Virus record (IMG/VR): IMGVR_UViG_3300044675_005052
Source of the DNA: a virus
Taxonomy: Duplodnaviria; Caudoviricetes
DNA: 64,000 bases
Direction: 5' to 3' (one strand)
How positions within the stretch are numbered: the stretch's first letter is position 1; the number at the start of each line of letters is the position of its first letter. A program made the translations under genes and the position numbers. The notes under the pieces were generated by a model. The model was not told the DNA's origin, ran no database searches, and saw nothing but the letters and a program-made list of their open reading frames with translations. Positions 37,442-48,110 of this stretch are shown here, one piece after another.

Positions 37442-38296
37442 ATGGCGACAAATTCATTAGACGCAGTTTTGGCTCAATACGAGCAATCAAAACAAGGTAG
37501 TTCTTCTTCTACCTCAAAATTTACACAAGAAGAGAGAATGAAAAAATACTTCGCGGCAATCCTTCAAGACAAGGAAACTCAAGGGCAACGAAGATTAAGA
37601 ATCTTACCAACTACAGATGGTTCAACCCCATTTAAAGAAGTTTGGTATCACGAGATTCAAGTAGATGGAAAATTCCAAAAATTTTATGACCCGGGAAAAA
37701 ACGACAACGAACGTTCACCTTTAAATGAGGTTTACGAAGAACTTCGTTCAACCGGAAAAGAATCTGACAAAGAGTTAGCTAAAAATTATTTATCACGTAA
37801 ATTTTACATTGTGAAAGTTATTGATAGAGATAACGAGGCAGACGGTGTTAAATTTTGGAGATTTAAACACAACTACAAAAATGAAGGAATTTTAGATAAA
37901 ATTATTCCTATTTGGAGAAATAAAGGTGATATTACTGACCCGGTAACAGGTAGAGATATCATTTTAGAATTGACTAAAGCTAAAACTCCAAAAGGTGCAT
38001 TTTACACAGTAATCCAAACAGTTATGTATGATGACGCGGCTCCTGTTCATGAGGACAAAGCAACTGCTGACGGATGGGTTAACGATGAGTTATCTTGGGA
38101 AGATGTTTACTCTAAAAAACCTGTTGAGTATTTAGAAGCTATCGCAAGAGGTGAGACTCCAAAATGGAACTCTGATAAAGGTGGTTACGATTATGGTAAC
38201 TCTGATTCTGATGAGATGTCATTTGGTGGTTCTAAACCATCTGCTCCGATTGACCCACAAGCGGGTGATGAACCGGAAGATGATATGCCTTTCTAA
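37442..38296 (+). CDS. Single-stranded DNA-binding protein, T4 gp32-like
   Basis: RLRILP...PFKEVWYH, FYIVKVIDRD..GVKFWRF, GRDIIL; acidic tail ending DEPEDDMPF. Confidence 0.85.
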   Translation: MATNSLDAVLAQYEQSKQGSSSSTSKFTQEERMKKYFAAILQDKETQGQRRLRILPTTDGSTPFKEVWYHEIQVDGKFQKFYDPGKNDNERSPLNEVYEELRSTGKESDKELAKNYLSRKFYIVKVIDRDNEADGVKFWRFKHNYKNEGILDKIIPIWRNKGDITDPVTGRDIILELTKAKTPKGAFYTVIQTVMYDDAAPVHEDKATADGWVNDELSWEDVYSKKPVEYLEAIARGETPKWNSDKGGYDYGNSDSDEMSFGGSKPSAPIDPQAGDEPEDDMPF

Positions 38297-38391
38297 TCAA
38301 AAAAAAAATATAGACATATTACTTGGACACTAGGTCTTACTTGGTGTCCAACTTGTCTAAAAAAACTAAAAAAATTAAATTAATTAGAGAT

Positions 38392-39396
38392 ATGGCAATT
38401 AAAAAACATGATTTCAAGTCCATTAAGGACAAATTCTCTACATCTGCAAAATACAAACCACAAAGGTTCTTTGATTTAGGTCCTGACTTTTTGGATGCTG
38501 TTGGTATTCCGGGTCCGGCTATTGGACATTTAAATATGTTCTTGGGTCATTCCGATACAGGTAAAACCACAGCTTTAGTTAAATGTGCGGTTGATGCTCA
38601 GAAAAAACAAATATTACCTGTATTCATTATTACGGAACAAAAATGGTCGTTTGAACATGCTAAACTTATGGGTTTTGAGTGTGAAGAAATGGTTGATGAA
38701 GAAACAGGTGAATTAGAATGGGACGGGTTCTACATCTTCAATAATAACTTCAGTTATATTGAACAAATTACTGACTACATCAACTCTTTATTAGATGCTC
38801 AAGAGAAAGGTGAATTAGATTATAGTTTATTGTTCTTATGGGATTCTGTTGGTTCAGTCCCTTGTAAAATGACTTATGAAGGTAAAGGTGGAAAACAACA
38901 TAATGCTGCTGCATTAGCTGATAAAATTGGAATGGGAATTAATCAAAGAATTTCAGGAAGTCGTAAAGCGGATTCTAAATATGAGAATACTTTGGTTATT
39001 GTTAACCAACCTTGGGTTGAACTTCCGGATAATCCATTTGGACAACCTAAAATTAAAGCTAAAGGTGGTGAGGCAATTTGGTTAAACTCTTCATTAGTAT
39101 TCCGTTTTGGTAATGAGAAAGGTGCGGGAACAACAAAAATTACTGCGACTAAAGATAAGAGAACTATCAAATTTGCTGTGAGAACTAAAATTTCAGTAAT
39201 GAAAAACCACATCAATGGATTAGGTTATGAGGATGGTAAAATTATAGTAACACCTCATGGATTCTTGGCAGGTAAAGAGACTACAGAAGAAAAAGCTTCA
39301 ATTGAGAAGTACAAAAAAGAATACTCTGAATATTGGAAAAACATCATTGGAACAGATGGTGATTTTGATTTGAAAGAAGTAGAAGAAAAAGATTAG
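38392..39396 (+). CDS. recA: RecA/UvsX-like recombinase
   Basis: Walker A GHSDTGKTT, LWDSVG, IVNQ, GGEAIWLNSS; ATG 38392 preferred to the TTG track start at 38323, which lies in a hairpin. Confidence 0.9.
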   Translation: MAIKKHDFKSIKDKFSTSAKYKPQRFFDLGPDFLDAVGIPGPAIGHLNMFLGHSDTGKTTALVKCAVDAQKKQILPVFIITEQKWSFEHAKLMGFECEEMVDEETGELEWDGFYIFNNNFSYIEQITDYINSLLDAQEKGELDYSLLFLWDSVGSVPCKMTYEGKGGKQHNAAALADKIGMGINQRISGSRKADSKYENTLVIVNQPWVELPDNPFGQPKIKAKGGEAIWLNSSLVFRFGNEKGAGTTKITATKDKRTIKFAVRTKISVMKNHINGLGYEDGKIIVTPHGFLAGKETTEEKASIEKYKKEYSEYWKNIIGTDGDFDLKEVEEKD

Positions 39397-39417
39397 TAAC
39401 GAATACAAACAAAACAA

Positions 39418-40422
39418 GTGGTTAAAACCCTATTAGTGGACGGCAATAATTTAGTAAAGATTGGATTTCACGGAGTAAAAGATTATTATCATAATGGAAA
39501 ACATATAGGTGCCTTATGGCACTTTGTGAACACCATTAGACGATTCATAGATGAACAAAACTTTGATAAGGTTGTTGTTATGTGGGATGGTGATGATAAC
39601 TCTTCAACTCGCAAACTTATTTATCCCCAATACAAAGAACAACGTAGAGACAGAGACAACGAGTATAAGTTAGATTCTTTCACTGAGCAGAAAGAAAGAA
39701 TTAAACAATACTTGGAGGACTGTTATGTGAGACAAATCAACGTAGATAATAACGAAGCGGATGATTTGATTGCTTACTATTGCCAAATCTCTGATAACGA
39801 ACAAAAAACCATTTATTCGGGGGATAAAGACCTCACCCAACTTATTTCAGATAAGGTTTCGGTGTATTACCCAAGAACTAAAGAAACTTATCAATTAGGT
39901 AGTAAAATCAAATGTGATATTTACGAATTTCCGCATCAAAATATTAAAACTTATAAAATTTTATCGGGTGACAAATCTGATAACATTGATGGTATTTCAG
40001 GTTTAGGTGAAAAAACACTTATTAAGTTTTTCCCTGAGTTACTTGAAAAACCGGTTACTATTACCGATATTTTACAAAAAGCTGAGAACCTACTTAAAGA
40101 AAATAAGAATAATAAAACATTACAAAATTTAATATCGGGTAAAACTAAAAGAGGTGTTCATGGGGAGGAATTTTTCACTATTAATGAGAAAATAATAAAT
40201 CTATCGAATCCGTTAATTACTGATGATGCTAAAGAACTTGTAGAGTTATATTATAGAGAAACGTTAGACCCGGATGGTCGGGGACATAGGAATCTTATAA
40301 AGATGATGATGGAAGACGGTTTTTTTAAATATCTACCAAAGGGGGATGACGCGTGGGTGAATTTTGTTAGACCCTTTATGAAACTAACGAGAAAAGAAAA
40401 AAGAAATTATAACAACAATTAA
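39418..40422 (+). CDS. 5'-3' exonuclease / flap endonuclease (T4 RNase H-like), GTG start
   Basis: LLVDGNN, EADDLIA, SGDKDL, GDKSDNIDGISGLGEKT. Confidence 0.92.
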   Translation: MVKTLLVDGNNLVKIGFHGVKDYYHNGKHIGALWHFVNTIRRFIDEQNFDKVVVMWDGDDNSSTRKLIYPQYKEQRRDRDNEYKLDSFTEQKERIKQYLEDCYVRQINVDNNEADDLIAYYCQISDNEQKTIYSGDKDLTQLISDKVSVYYPRTKETYQLGSKIKCDIYEFPHQNIKTYKILSGDKSDNIDGISGLGEKTLIKFFPELLEKPVTITDILQKAENLLKENKNNKTLQNLISGKTKRGVHGEEFFTINEKIINLSNPLITDDAKELVELYYRETLDPDGRGHRNLIKMMMEDGFFKYLPKGDDAWVNFVRPFMKLTRKEKRNYNNN

Positions 40423-40430
40423 TTAAAACT

Positions 40431-40883
40431 ATGAAAGACCAAGAATCGGTAAAATTAGAATTCTTAATGATGGTAAATGATAACATCATTGTACAAAGAT
40501 TTTTTAACGTAAGAGAGTTTAACAATGAGGCAAAAAACTCATTAGAACTTTATGAATTACTTCGTGAATTTAAAGAAGACATTCAAACTCAATTATCATT
40601 GAAAACAGTAACGTATATGTCTGATAACATGTATGAAATTATTAACAATCCGGCTATTTTGGAAACGTCATATACTGATGGTCCGGAGTATTTTAACATC
40701 TTCATTAAACAAAATGATATGACAATTTGTCATAGACAAGTGGATGCTAAAATATACCCCCCAAAGATAAGATATACTGTGGATGTACGCCCACACCTAA
40801 AAAACTTATTGATGAACTTGACTGACATTTTTTCATCTAAAAATTTAACAAAAAAATATCTGGATGTTACCTTAAGTGTGTAG
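40431..40883 (+). CDS. Hypothetical protein in the replication operon
   Basis: 150-aa ORF packed between exonuclease and helicase. Confidence 0.75.
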   Translation: MKDQESVKLEFLMMVNDNIIVQRFFNVREFNNEAKNSLELYELLREFKEDIQTQLSLKTVTYMSDNMYEIINNPAILETSYTDGPEYFNIFIKQNDMTICHRQVDAKIYPPKIRYTVDVRPHLKNLLMNLTDIFSSKNLTKKYLDVTLSV

Positions 40884-40891
40884 TATTTATT
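40884..40891 (+). promoter_or_regulatory. Putative late promoter motif TATTTATT
   Basis: In the short gap upstream of the DnaB helicase. Confidence 0.4.
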
Positions 40892-40913
40892 AATACACTA
40901 AAAGAAAAATTAT

Positions 40914-42296
40914 ATGGCGTCAAACAAAAATTTCGAGTATCTAGGTAGTACCTTTCAGATACAATTATTAAACCAAATCATTATCGACAAAGATTTCTCA
41001 AGGTCTATTATCGATGTGATTGAAACAAGTTATTTTGAAAATAAATACTTTAAACTAATCATTCAAATGATTAAAGAGTATTATACAAAATACGAACATA
41101 CACCAACCTTTGACACATTAGAACAAATCACAAAATCTGAGATACAACAACCTCTGGCGGCAAAAATCATTATTGATACCCTTACAAAAGTTAAGGAATC
41201 TACTCTTGAGGGTGCAGAATTTGTACAAGAAAAATCAATGAAGTTCTGTAAGCAACAGGAGTTACAGAAAGTAATGGTTAAAGCTCAAAAAATCATCGAC
41301 ACTGGTGAATTTGAGAGTTATGACACATTAGAGGAAATGGTTAGTAAAGCTCTTCAAGTTGGGGAACACGAAAAAGGAACGGAAAGTGTTTTCAGTAATT
41401 TAGATGACGTTTTAAACGAAGATTATCGACATCCGATACCAATGGGTATTCCGGGAATAGATAGGTTATTAAAAGGTGGTTTAGCTAAAGGTGAAATCGG
41501 TGTTGTATTAGCACCAACAGGTGTTGGTAAATCAACTTTACTGACAAAAATCTCAAATCACGCATTTAATTTGGGATATAATGTTTTACAAATATTCTTT
41601 GAGGATAACCCAAAGATTATCCAACGTAAACACATTACATTATGGACAAAAATTCATCCGGATGAATTGTCTTTAAAAAAGGATGAAGTTATGGTTAAAG
41701 TTCAAGAGATTAAGGAGAAAATGCCTAATGAACTTATACTTAAAAAACTTCCATCTGACACCGTAACAATGATGCAAATTAAGAATCAAATTAGAAAAAT
41801 GATTTCTGAAGGAAACAAAATTGATATGGTATTATTGGACTACATTGATTGTGTAGTTCCGGATAAAAACTTGGGGGATGAATGGAAATCTGAAGGGTCT
41901 GTGATGAGAGCATTTGAATCTATGTGTCACGAACTTGACTTGGTAGGGTGGACGGCAACTCAAGGTAATAGAAGTTCAATATCTTCTGATGTTGTAACTA
42001 CTGACCAAATGGGGGGTTCTATTAAAAAAGCACAGGTTGGACACGTAATCATTTCCGTGGCAAAATCTCTACAACAAAAAGAAATGAAACTAGCAACGAT
42101 TGCAATTACTAAATCACGTATTGGTGATGATGGTGTTGTATTTGAGAATTGTAAATTTGATAATGGTATGTTGGAGATTGACACTGAAAGTTCTGTAACA
42201 TTTTTAGGGTTAGAAGAACAAACCGAAGAAAGAAACAGACAAAGAATAAAAGATTTGTTAGACAAAAGAAAACAAAAAGAACAAACACAAAATTAA
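40914..42296 (+). CDS. dnaB: Replicative DnaB-family helicase (gp41-like)
   Basis: Walker [30 protein letters not shown]. Confidence 0.92.
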   Translation: MASNKNFEYLGSTFQIQLLNQIIIDKDFSRSIIDVIETSYFENKYFKLIIQMIKEYYTKYEHTPTFDTLEQITKSEIQQPLAAKIIIDTLTKVKESTLEGAEFVQEKSMKFCKQQELQKVMVKAQKIIDTGEFESYDTLEEMVSKALQVGEHEKGTESVFSNLDDVLNEDYRHPIPMGIPGIDRLLKGGLAKGEIGVVLAPTGVGKSTLLTKISNHAFNLGYNVLQIFFEDNPKIIQRKHITLWTKIHPDELSLKKDEVMVKVQEIKEKMPNELILKKLPSDTVTMMQIKNQIRKMISEGNKIDMVLLDYIDCVVPDKNLGDEWKSEGSVMRAFESMCHELDLVGWTATQGNRSSISSDVVTTDQMGGSIKKAQVGHVIISVAKSLQQKEMKLATIAITKSRIGDDGVVFENCKFDNGMLEIDTESSVTFLGLEEQTEERNRQRIKDLLDKRKQKEQTQN

Positions 42297-42303
42297 TTTA
42301 AAA

Positions 42304-43254
42304 ATGAAAGAAAAAATATTAGAACCAAATAATGACAGATTCGTTATTTTCCCTATTGAACATAATGATATATGGGAATTTTACAAACAACATCAAGCGG
42401 CTTTTTGGACGGCAGAAGAAGTAGATTTATCTAACGATATTAGAGATTGGGAAAACCTATCTGATAATGAAAGATATTTCCTTAAAAATATATTAGCGTT
42501 CTTTGCAGCGTCTGATGGTATTGTAAATGAAAACTTGGCTGAAAATTTCTTAAAAGAGGTTCAATACGCTGAGGCGAAATTCTTCTACGGATTTCAAATT
42601 ATGATGGAAAACATTCACTCGTTAATGTATTCATTATTGATTGATACTTATGTTTCTGATGAAACAGAGAAAGACGAATGTTTCCACGCAATTGATAGAT
42701 TACCGGCAGTTCAAAAGAAAGCTAAATGGGCTCTTGATTGGATTGAGAACGCCTCTTTTCAAGAAAGATTAGTTGCGTTCGCGGCTGTTGAAGGAATTTT
42801 CTTTTCCGGTTCATTCTGTTCTATCTTTTGGATGAAATCAAGAGGAATTATGCAAGGATTATGTAATGCAAATTCATTAATCTTTAAAGATGAGAACTTA
42901 CATTGTGATTTTGCTATTCATTTGATTAACAATCACGTTGAGAACAAACCAACGGAGAAAAGAATTAAAGAAATCTTACTATCCGCTTTAGAAATTGAAA
43001 AAGAATTTATCACTGAATCATTACCTGTGTCTTTAATTGGTATGAATTCAAACTTAATGAAACAATATCTTGAATTTGTTACTGACGGATTATTGGTTAA
43101 GTTTGGTTGTAAAAAACACTTTAATGTGGAACAACCATTTAAATTTATGGAACAGATTGCTGTTGAAACAAAAGGTAACTTCTTTGAATCAAGAACAATG
43201 GAGTATCAAAAGGCCAAGTTAGGTGAGTCATTAACATTTACAGACGATTTTTAA
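42304..43254 (+). CDS. nrdB: Class Ia ribonucleotide reductase beta subunit
   Basis: [40 protein letters not shown]. Confidence 0.96.
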   Translation: MKEKILEPNNDRFVIFPIEHNDIWEFYKQHQAAFWTAEEVDLSNDIRDWENLSDNERYFLKNILAFFAASDGIVNENLAENFLKEVQYAEAKFFYGFQIMMENIHSLMYSLLIDTYVSDETEKDECFHAIDRLPAVQKKAKWALDWIENASFQERLVAFAAVEGIFFSGSFCSIFWMKSRGIMQGLCNANSLIFKDENLHCDFAIHLINNHVENKPTEKRIKEILLSALEIEKEFITESLPVSLIGMNSNLMKQYLEFVTDGLLVKFGCKKHFNVEQPFKFMEQIAVETKGNFFESRTMEYQKAKLGESLTFTDDF

Positions 43255-43255
43255 T

Positions 43256-45670
43256 ATGATGTCATTAAAGATAAGAAAAAGAGGGGGAGACGAAGTTTCG
43301 TTCAACCCCCAAAAAATTTATAATAGAGTTAAACGAGCGGCAAGAGGATTAAACGTAAATGCTGATGAGGTATTCATTAAGGTGATTACTTCAGTTCCAA
43401 CAGAGGGTGTTATTACAACCAAAGAGTTGGATAAGTTAGTTTATGAGATTGCTGCGGCATATACCGGAAGTCATCACGACTACTCAAGATTAGCATCATC
43501 TGTTGCTATTTCTGCGTATCATAAAGAAACTGATGAAAGTTTCTGTAACACAATGCACACATTACACGTTGATGGTATTATTAACGATAAGTTAATGGAA
43601 ACTATTGAACAATATGGTCCTGAAAATATTGATTCTGTAATTAATCACGAGAATGATTACAATTTTGATTATTTTGCTTGGAAATCATTACAAGAAATGT
43701 ATTTGTTAAAAAATCCTGAAGGTAGAGTAATTGAAAGACCTCAACATATGTATATGAGAGTTGCTTTATGGGTTACTAAATCATTTGAACAAGCGGTTGA
43801 ATATTATCAATCATTATCAAATCAAGTTATATCTCCTGCGACACCGATTATGATTAACGCGGGAACTAAAACACCTCAACTAGCATCTTGTGTATTGAAA
43901 TACAATCACGGGGACTCAAGAGAAGGGTTATTGCAAACATTCAACGATATTTCAACGTATTCGTCAGATGCTGCAGGTATTGGATTATGTATGTCTAACA
44001 TTCGTAGTAAAGAAAGTCGTATTAACTCATCAGGTGGATTTGCGGGTGGTTTATTAAAATACTTAAAGATTGTAAATGAAGGATTAAGATTCTTTAATCA
44101 ACAAGGTAGAAGACCGGGTAGTGCAGCTATCTACATTGAACCTTGGCATAAAGACATCATTGATTTACTTGAAATCAAAAAGAATACGGGAGCTGAAGAA
44201 TTAAGAGCAAAAGATTTATTTACCTCAATATGGTTACCGGACAACTTTATGGAGGCGGTTAAGAATAATTCTGATTGGTATTTGTTCTGTCCTAACGACA
44301 TTAAAAAGGCGGGTATCAAACCATTACAGGAAACTTATGGTGTTGAGTATGAGGCAAACTACAACAAAGCGGTTGAACTTGGTCTTGGTAAAAAAGTGAA
44401 AGCACAAACAATTTGGAATAAAATTATTGAATCTCAAGTTGAAACCGGAGTTCCTTACTTATGTTCTAAAGATAGTGCTAACAGAAAAACTAACCATCAA
44501 AACATTGGGGTGATTAAACAATCTAATCTATGTAATGAGATTTACCAATATACCGATGAAAATACTACGGCAATCTGTACGTTATCATCTATGGTATTGA
44601 AAAACTTTATCGTTAAAGGGGAGTTTGATTTCAAATTACTTTATAGTGAAGTTAGAAAGGTTGTTAGAGCACTTAACAAAGTTGTTGACATTAATAGTTA
44701 TTCAACTGAACAAGGTAGAAAAGGTGGTTTAGAACAAAGAGCAATTGCGATTGGAACTCAAGGTCTTGCTGACGTATTTTTCTTAATGGATTATATCTTC
44801 ACATCTGAAGAGGCGAAACAATTAAACAAAGAAATTTTTGAAACAATCTACTTTGCGGCAATCACCGAAAGTATGGAATTATGTAAATCAGGTGAATACA
44901 AACCATACGAATTCTTTAACGGTTCGCCAATGTCAAAAGGTATATTCCAATTCGATATGTGGGGGTTAGATTATGAAGGTTTAGGAAGAATGTGGGATTG
45001 GGACTCACTTAAATTAGAAGTATCTAATCACGGAGTTTGTAACTCATTATTCACGGCTCAGATGCCAGTTGCATCTTCAGCTAAGATTACAGGTTCATTT
45101 GAAATGACAGAACCGGCTCACTCGGCATTATTTAATCGTCGTGTAGTTGGAGGAGAAATTTTAATTGTTAACAAATACTTAATTAGTGATTTTGAGAAAA
45201 TTGGTATTTGGTCTGAAGATTTGAAAAATGAAATCATTATGAATGAAGGGTCAATTCAAAATATTAACTTTAATAATTATCTTGACCAAGAAGATAAAAA
45301 TTATAACAAGAAAGTTAAAAGAATTGAACATTTAATTCCAAAATACAAAACAATTTGGGAAATATCTCAAAGAGAACTTATTGATATGGCGGCAGACAGA
45401 GCACCATTCATTGACCAATCACAATCAATGAATATCTATATGTCTAATCCAACACTATCAAAGATTTCATCATCACACTTCCATTCTTGGGGTAAAGGAT
45501 TGAAAACTCTTTGTTATTATGTTAGAACTAAAGCGATATCAACCGGAGCTAAACACTTGGCGGTGGATATCTCAAAAGTTGGTCAATTAAAACCAATTGA
45601 GAAACCAACAGTTGAACTAACTTCAAAACCAACAGACACAGAATTTGAGTGTTTTGGATGTGGTTCTTAA
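43256..45670 (+). CDS. nrdA: Class Ia ribonucleotide reductase alpha subunit with ATP cone
   Basis: N-terminal ATP cone; ERPQHMYMRVA, QLASC, SNLCNEI, QMPVASS, LCYYVRT, C-terminal CFGCGS. Confidence 0.97.
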   Translation: MMSLKIRKRGGDEVSFNPQKIYNRVKRAARGLNVNADEVFIKVITSVPTEGVITTKELDKLVYEIAAAYTGSHHDYSRLASSVAISAYHKETDESFCNTMHTLHVDGIINDKLMETIEQYGPENIDSVINHENDYNFDYFAWKSLQEMYLLKNPEGRVIERPQHMYMRVALWVTKSFEQAVEYYQSLSNQVISPATPIMINAGTKTPQLASCVLKYNHGDSREGLLQTFNDISTYSSDAAGIGLCMSNIRSKESRINSSGGFAGGLLKYLKIVNEGLRFFNQQGRRPGSAAIYIEPWHKDIIDLLEIKKNTGAEELRAKDLFTSIWLPDNFMEAVKNNSDWYLFCPNDIKKAGIKPLQETYGVEYEANYNKAVELGLGKKVKAQTIWNKIIESQVETGVPYLCSKDSANRKTNHQNIGVIKQSNLCNEIYQYTDENTTAICTLSSMVLKNFIVKGEFDFKLLYSEVRKVVRALNKVVDINSYSTEQGRKGGLEQRAIAIGTQGLADVFFLMDYIFTSEEAKQLNKEIFETIYFAAITESMELCKSGEYKPYEFFNGSPMSKGIFQFDMWGLDYEGLGRMWDWDSLKLEVSNHGVCNSLFTAQMPVASSAKITGSFEMTEPAHSALFNRRVVGGEILIVNKYLISDFEKIGIWSEDLKNEIIMNEGSIQNINFNNYLDQEDKNYNKKVKRIEHLIPKYKTIWEISQRELIDMAADRAPFIDQSQSMNIYMSNPTLSKISSSHFHSWGKGLKTLCYYVRTKAISTGAKHLAVDISKVGQLKPIEKPTVELTSKPTDTEFECFGCGS

Positions 45671-45684
45671 TAGAAATAAATATT

Positions 45685-45710
45685 AATCACGACTTTGGTC
45701 GTGATTTTTT
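45685..45710 (+). terminator. Intrinsic terminator after nrdA
   Basis: AATCACGAC-TTTG-GTCGTGATT followed by a T-run. Confidence 0.9.
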
Positions 45711-45719
45711 ATTTTACTC

Positions 45720-45754
45720 TATTTATAAGAAATAATTACGACACTATATTTATA
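45720..45754 (+). promoter_or_regulatory. Two tandem late promoter motifs TATTTATA
   Basis: 45720-45727 and 45747-45754, between the nrdA terminator and the gp25 start. Confidence 0.6.
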
Positions 45755-45757
45755 GAT

Positions 45758-46216
45758 ATGGCAGATGGAAAAACATATGGTATTAATTTCCCTTTTAGGG
45801 ATTCTTATGATGGAAAGTATTTAGACCTTTCCACAGATAGTACTCAAGAAACAAGAACGGACTTAATACATTTATTATTGACTAGAAAAGGAAGTAGATA
45901 TTTTTTACCCGATTTTGGTACAAGATTGTATGAATTTATTTTTGAACCATTAGATGGTCCTACATTTTCAGATATTGATGCTGAAATTAGGGACGCTGTT
46001 GAGGAATATATACCGGGAATAACAATTAAAAACATAAGTATCACCGCGGCATCAGATGGTGAAGAAGATAAAGGTACTTATGTTGACCAATACGATACAC
46101 GTGTTTTTAGAGTACCGGGTATTGGAACTAAAGAACACACTGCGAAAGTAAAAATAGATTATCAAATAAATAATGACGTGTTTAACGCTAGTGATTTTGT
46201 AATCCTAAATATTTAA
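45758..46216 (+). CDS. Baseplate wedge protein, gp25-like
   Basis: LIHLLLTRKGSRYFLPDFGTRLYEFIFEP; ATG 45758 preferred to the track start at 45695. Confidence 0.9.
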   Translation: MADGKTYGINFPFRDSYDGKYLDLSTDSTQETRTDLIHLLLTRKGSRYFLPDFGTRLYEFIFEPLDGPTFSDIDAEIRDAVEEYIPGITIKNISITAASDGEEDKGTYVDQYDTRVFRVPGIGTKEHTAKVKIDYQINNDVFNASDFVILNI

Positions 46217-46221
46217 AGAAT

Positions 46222-48060
46222 ATGGCAAATAAAAAAATATCGTATACTACGAGAGATTTCCAATCAATTAGAACCGAGTTAATAAACTTTACAAGAACTT
46301 ATTATCCGGATTTAGTTGACAACTTTAATGATGCGAGTGTATTCTCTGTATTATTAGACCTAAACGCTGCGGTTACCGACAACCTTCAATTCAACATAGA
46401 TAGAAGTATTCAAGAAACGGTATTACAGTACGCTCAACAAAGGTCATCAGTATTTAACATCGCCAAAACTTATGGATTAAAAGTTCCGGGTCAAAGACCT
46501 TCAGTTGCTTTAGTTGATTTTTCAATAACTGTACCTGCTTTTGGAGATAAAGAGGATTTAAGGTATTGTGGTATTCTACGTAGAGGTTCTCAAGTAAGTG
46601 GCGCGGGTCAAGTATTTGAAACTGTTTATGATATTGATTTTTCTTCACCATCAAACGCAGACGGATTTCCTAATAGACTAAAAATCCCAAATTTCGACTC
46701 AAACAATAAGTTATTAAATTATACAATTGTTAAACGTGAGACCGTTGTTAATGGTATAACTAAAGTTTTTAAAAGAGTTATTACCGCAAATGATGTTAGA
46801 CCATTTTTTGAATTATTTTTACCTGAAAAGACCGTTTTAGGAGTAACAAGTGTTTTATTAAAAGATGGAACTCAATACGCCAATGTACCCTCAAATCAAG
46901 AATTTTTAGGTGTTGATAATAGATGGTTTGAAGTACAGGCTTTAGCCCAAGATAGAGTGTTTATTGAAGACCCAACAAAAGTTTCGGATAACCCTGGTAT
47001 TAAAGTTGGTAGATATGTGAATACCGCAACTAAATTCATAACAGAATTTACACCTGAAGGTTTCTTTAAAATGACCTTTGGTGGTGGTAGTCAATCGGCT
47101 GATGAACAATTAAGAGAATTTGCCCGAGATGGTAAACCATTAAATTTATACAAATATTCTAATAACTTCGCATTAGGTAGTACTTTAAAACCTAATACCA
47201 CATTATTTGTTCAATATAGAATTGGTGGTGGTACAGGAACTAATTTAGGTGTTGGGGTTATAACACAAATTGGTACAGTTTCATTTTTTGTGAATGGTCC
47301 ATCTGAATCAGTTAATACGACTGTGGTTAATTCATTAAGATGTAATAATATTACAGCGGCTATTGGTGGGGCAAACTATCCAACAACAGAAGAAGTTAGA
47401 AATTTAGTTTCATATAACTTTACAGCACAAAACAGAGCAGTTACAGTAAATGATTATGAATCAATCATTAGAACAATGCCCTCACAATTTGGAGCACCGG
47501 CTAAAGTTGCGATAACTGAAGAGAATAATAAAATTAAAGTTCAAATGTTATCATATGATGAAACTGGTAGATTAACTGAGATTGTTTCAAACACTTTAAA
47601 AAATAATGTTGCAAACTACCTGTCAAATTATCGTATGATTAATGATTATGTGTCAATTGAAAGTGCAAATGTTATTGATTTAGCAATAAATGTTGACGTT
47701 GTGTTAGACAATTCACAAAATCAAGGTTCTATTATTTCTCAAATAATTAATATAATCACAGATTATTTTGACCCAACAAACCAAGAAATGGGTGAAAATG
47801 TTAATGTATCAGAATTAAGAAGATTAGTTCAAAGTGAAAATGGGGTTATTTCCGTTTCTGACATGACATTTTTTAATAAAGTTGGTGGTCAATATTCTTC
47901 CTCTCAAACATCACAAAGATATATTGATTCGGAAACTAAACAAATTGAATTAGTTGATGATACAATTTTTGCCGAACCAAGACAAGTGTATCAAGTTAGA
48001 TATCCAAACAAAGATATCAATGTGAGAGTTAAAAATATTAAAACGGTTAATTTCTCTTAG
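46222..48060 (+). CDS. Baseplate wedge protein, gp6 / baseplate J-like
   Basis: YTTRDFQSIR..L..F, ETVLQYAQQRSS..NIAKTYG, YRIGGG..TN, QNRAVTVNDYE. Confidence 0.9.
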   Translation: MANKKISYTTRDFQSIRTELINFTRTYYPDLVDNFNDASVFSVLLDLNAAVTDNLQFNIDRSIQETVLQYAQQRSSVFNIAKTYGLKVPGQRPSVALVDFSITVPAFGDKEDLRYCGILRRGSQVSGAGQVFETVYDIDFSSPSNADGFPNRLKIPNFDSNNKLLNYTIVKRETVVNGITKVFKRVITANDVRPFFELFLPEKTVLGVTSVLLKDGTQYANVPSNQEFLGVDNRWFEVQALAQDRVFIEDPTKVSDNPGIKVGRYVNTATKFITEFTPEGFFKMTFGGGSQSADEQLREFARDGKPLNLYKYSNNFALGSTLKPNTTLFVQYRIGGGTGTNLGVGVITQIGTVSFFVNGPSESVNTTVVNSLRCNNITAAIGGANYPTTEEVRNLVSYNFTAQNRAVTVNDYESIIRTMPSQFGAPAKVAITEENNKIKVQMLSYDETGRLTEIVSNTLKNNVANYLSNYRMINDYVSIESANVIDLAINVDVVLDNSQNQGSIISQIINIITDYFDPTNQEMGENVNVSELRRLVQSENGVISVSDMTFFNKVGGQYSSSQTSQRYIDSETKQIELVDDTIFAEPRQVYQVRYPNKDINVRVKNIKTVNFS

Positions 48061-48110
48061 CAATTTATTTTAAAATTTATTGAATTATCTTTTGAAAATA
48101 GTATATAAAC

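Noticed and set aside
5274-45670. Eukaryotic giant virus (NCLDV) origin, suggested by PolB, SNF2 helicase and eukaryote-like RNR
   Set aside because: Contractile tail and baseplate genes, intrinsic terminators and sigma70 promoters indicate a bacteriophage
5274-45670. Inteins, group I introns or homing endonucleases in polB, helicases, recA and nrdA/B
   Set aside because: Protein lengths are normal, motifs are contiguous, and no LAGLIDADG, HNH or GIY-YIG signatures or intein termini were seen; the roughly 60-aa polB C-terminal insert near 7620-7830 lacks intein features
14025-45757. Upstream start positions given by the track for 14025, 14410, 38323 and 45695
   Set aside because: Downstream ATGs (14058, 14461, 38392, 45758) avoid long overlaps or hairpins/terminators and restore family-like N-termini
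16321-48060. Interpretation as a bacterial extracellular contractile injection system, tailocin or T6SS locus
   Set aside because: Neck and head-closure genes, PolB, gp32-like SSB, UvsX, gp41-like helicase and RNR are interleaved, which indicates a replicating phage
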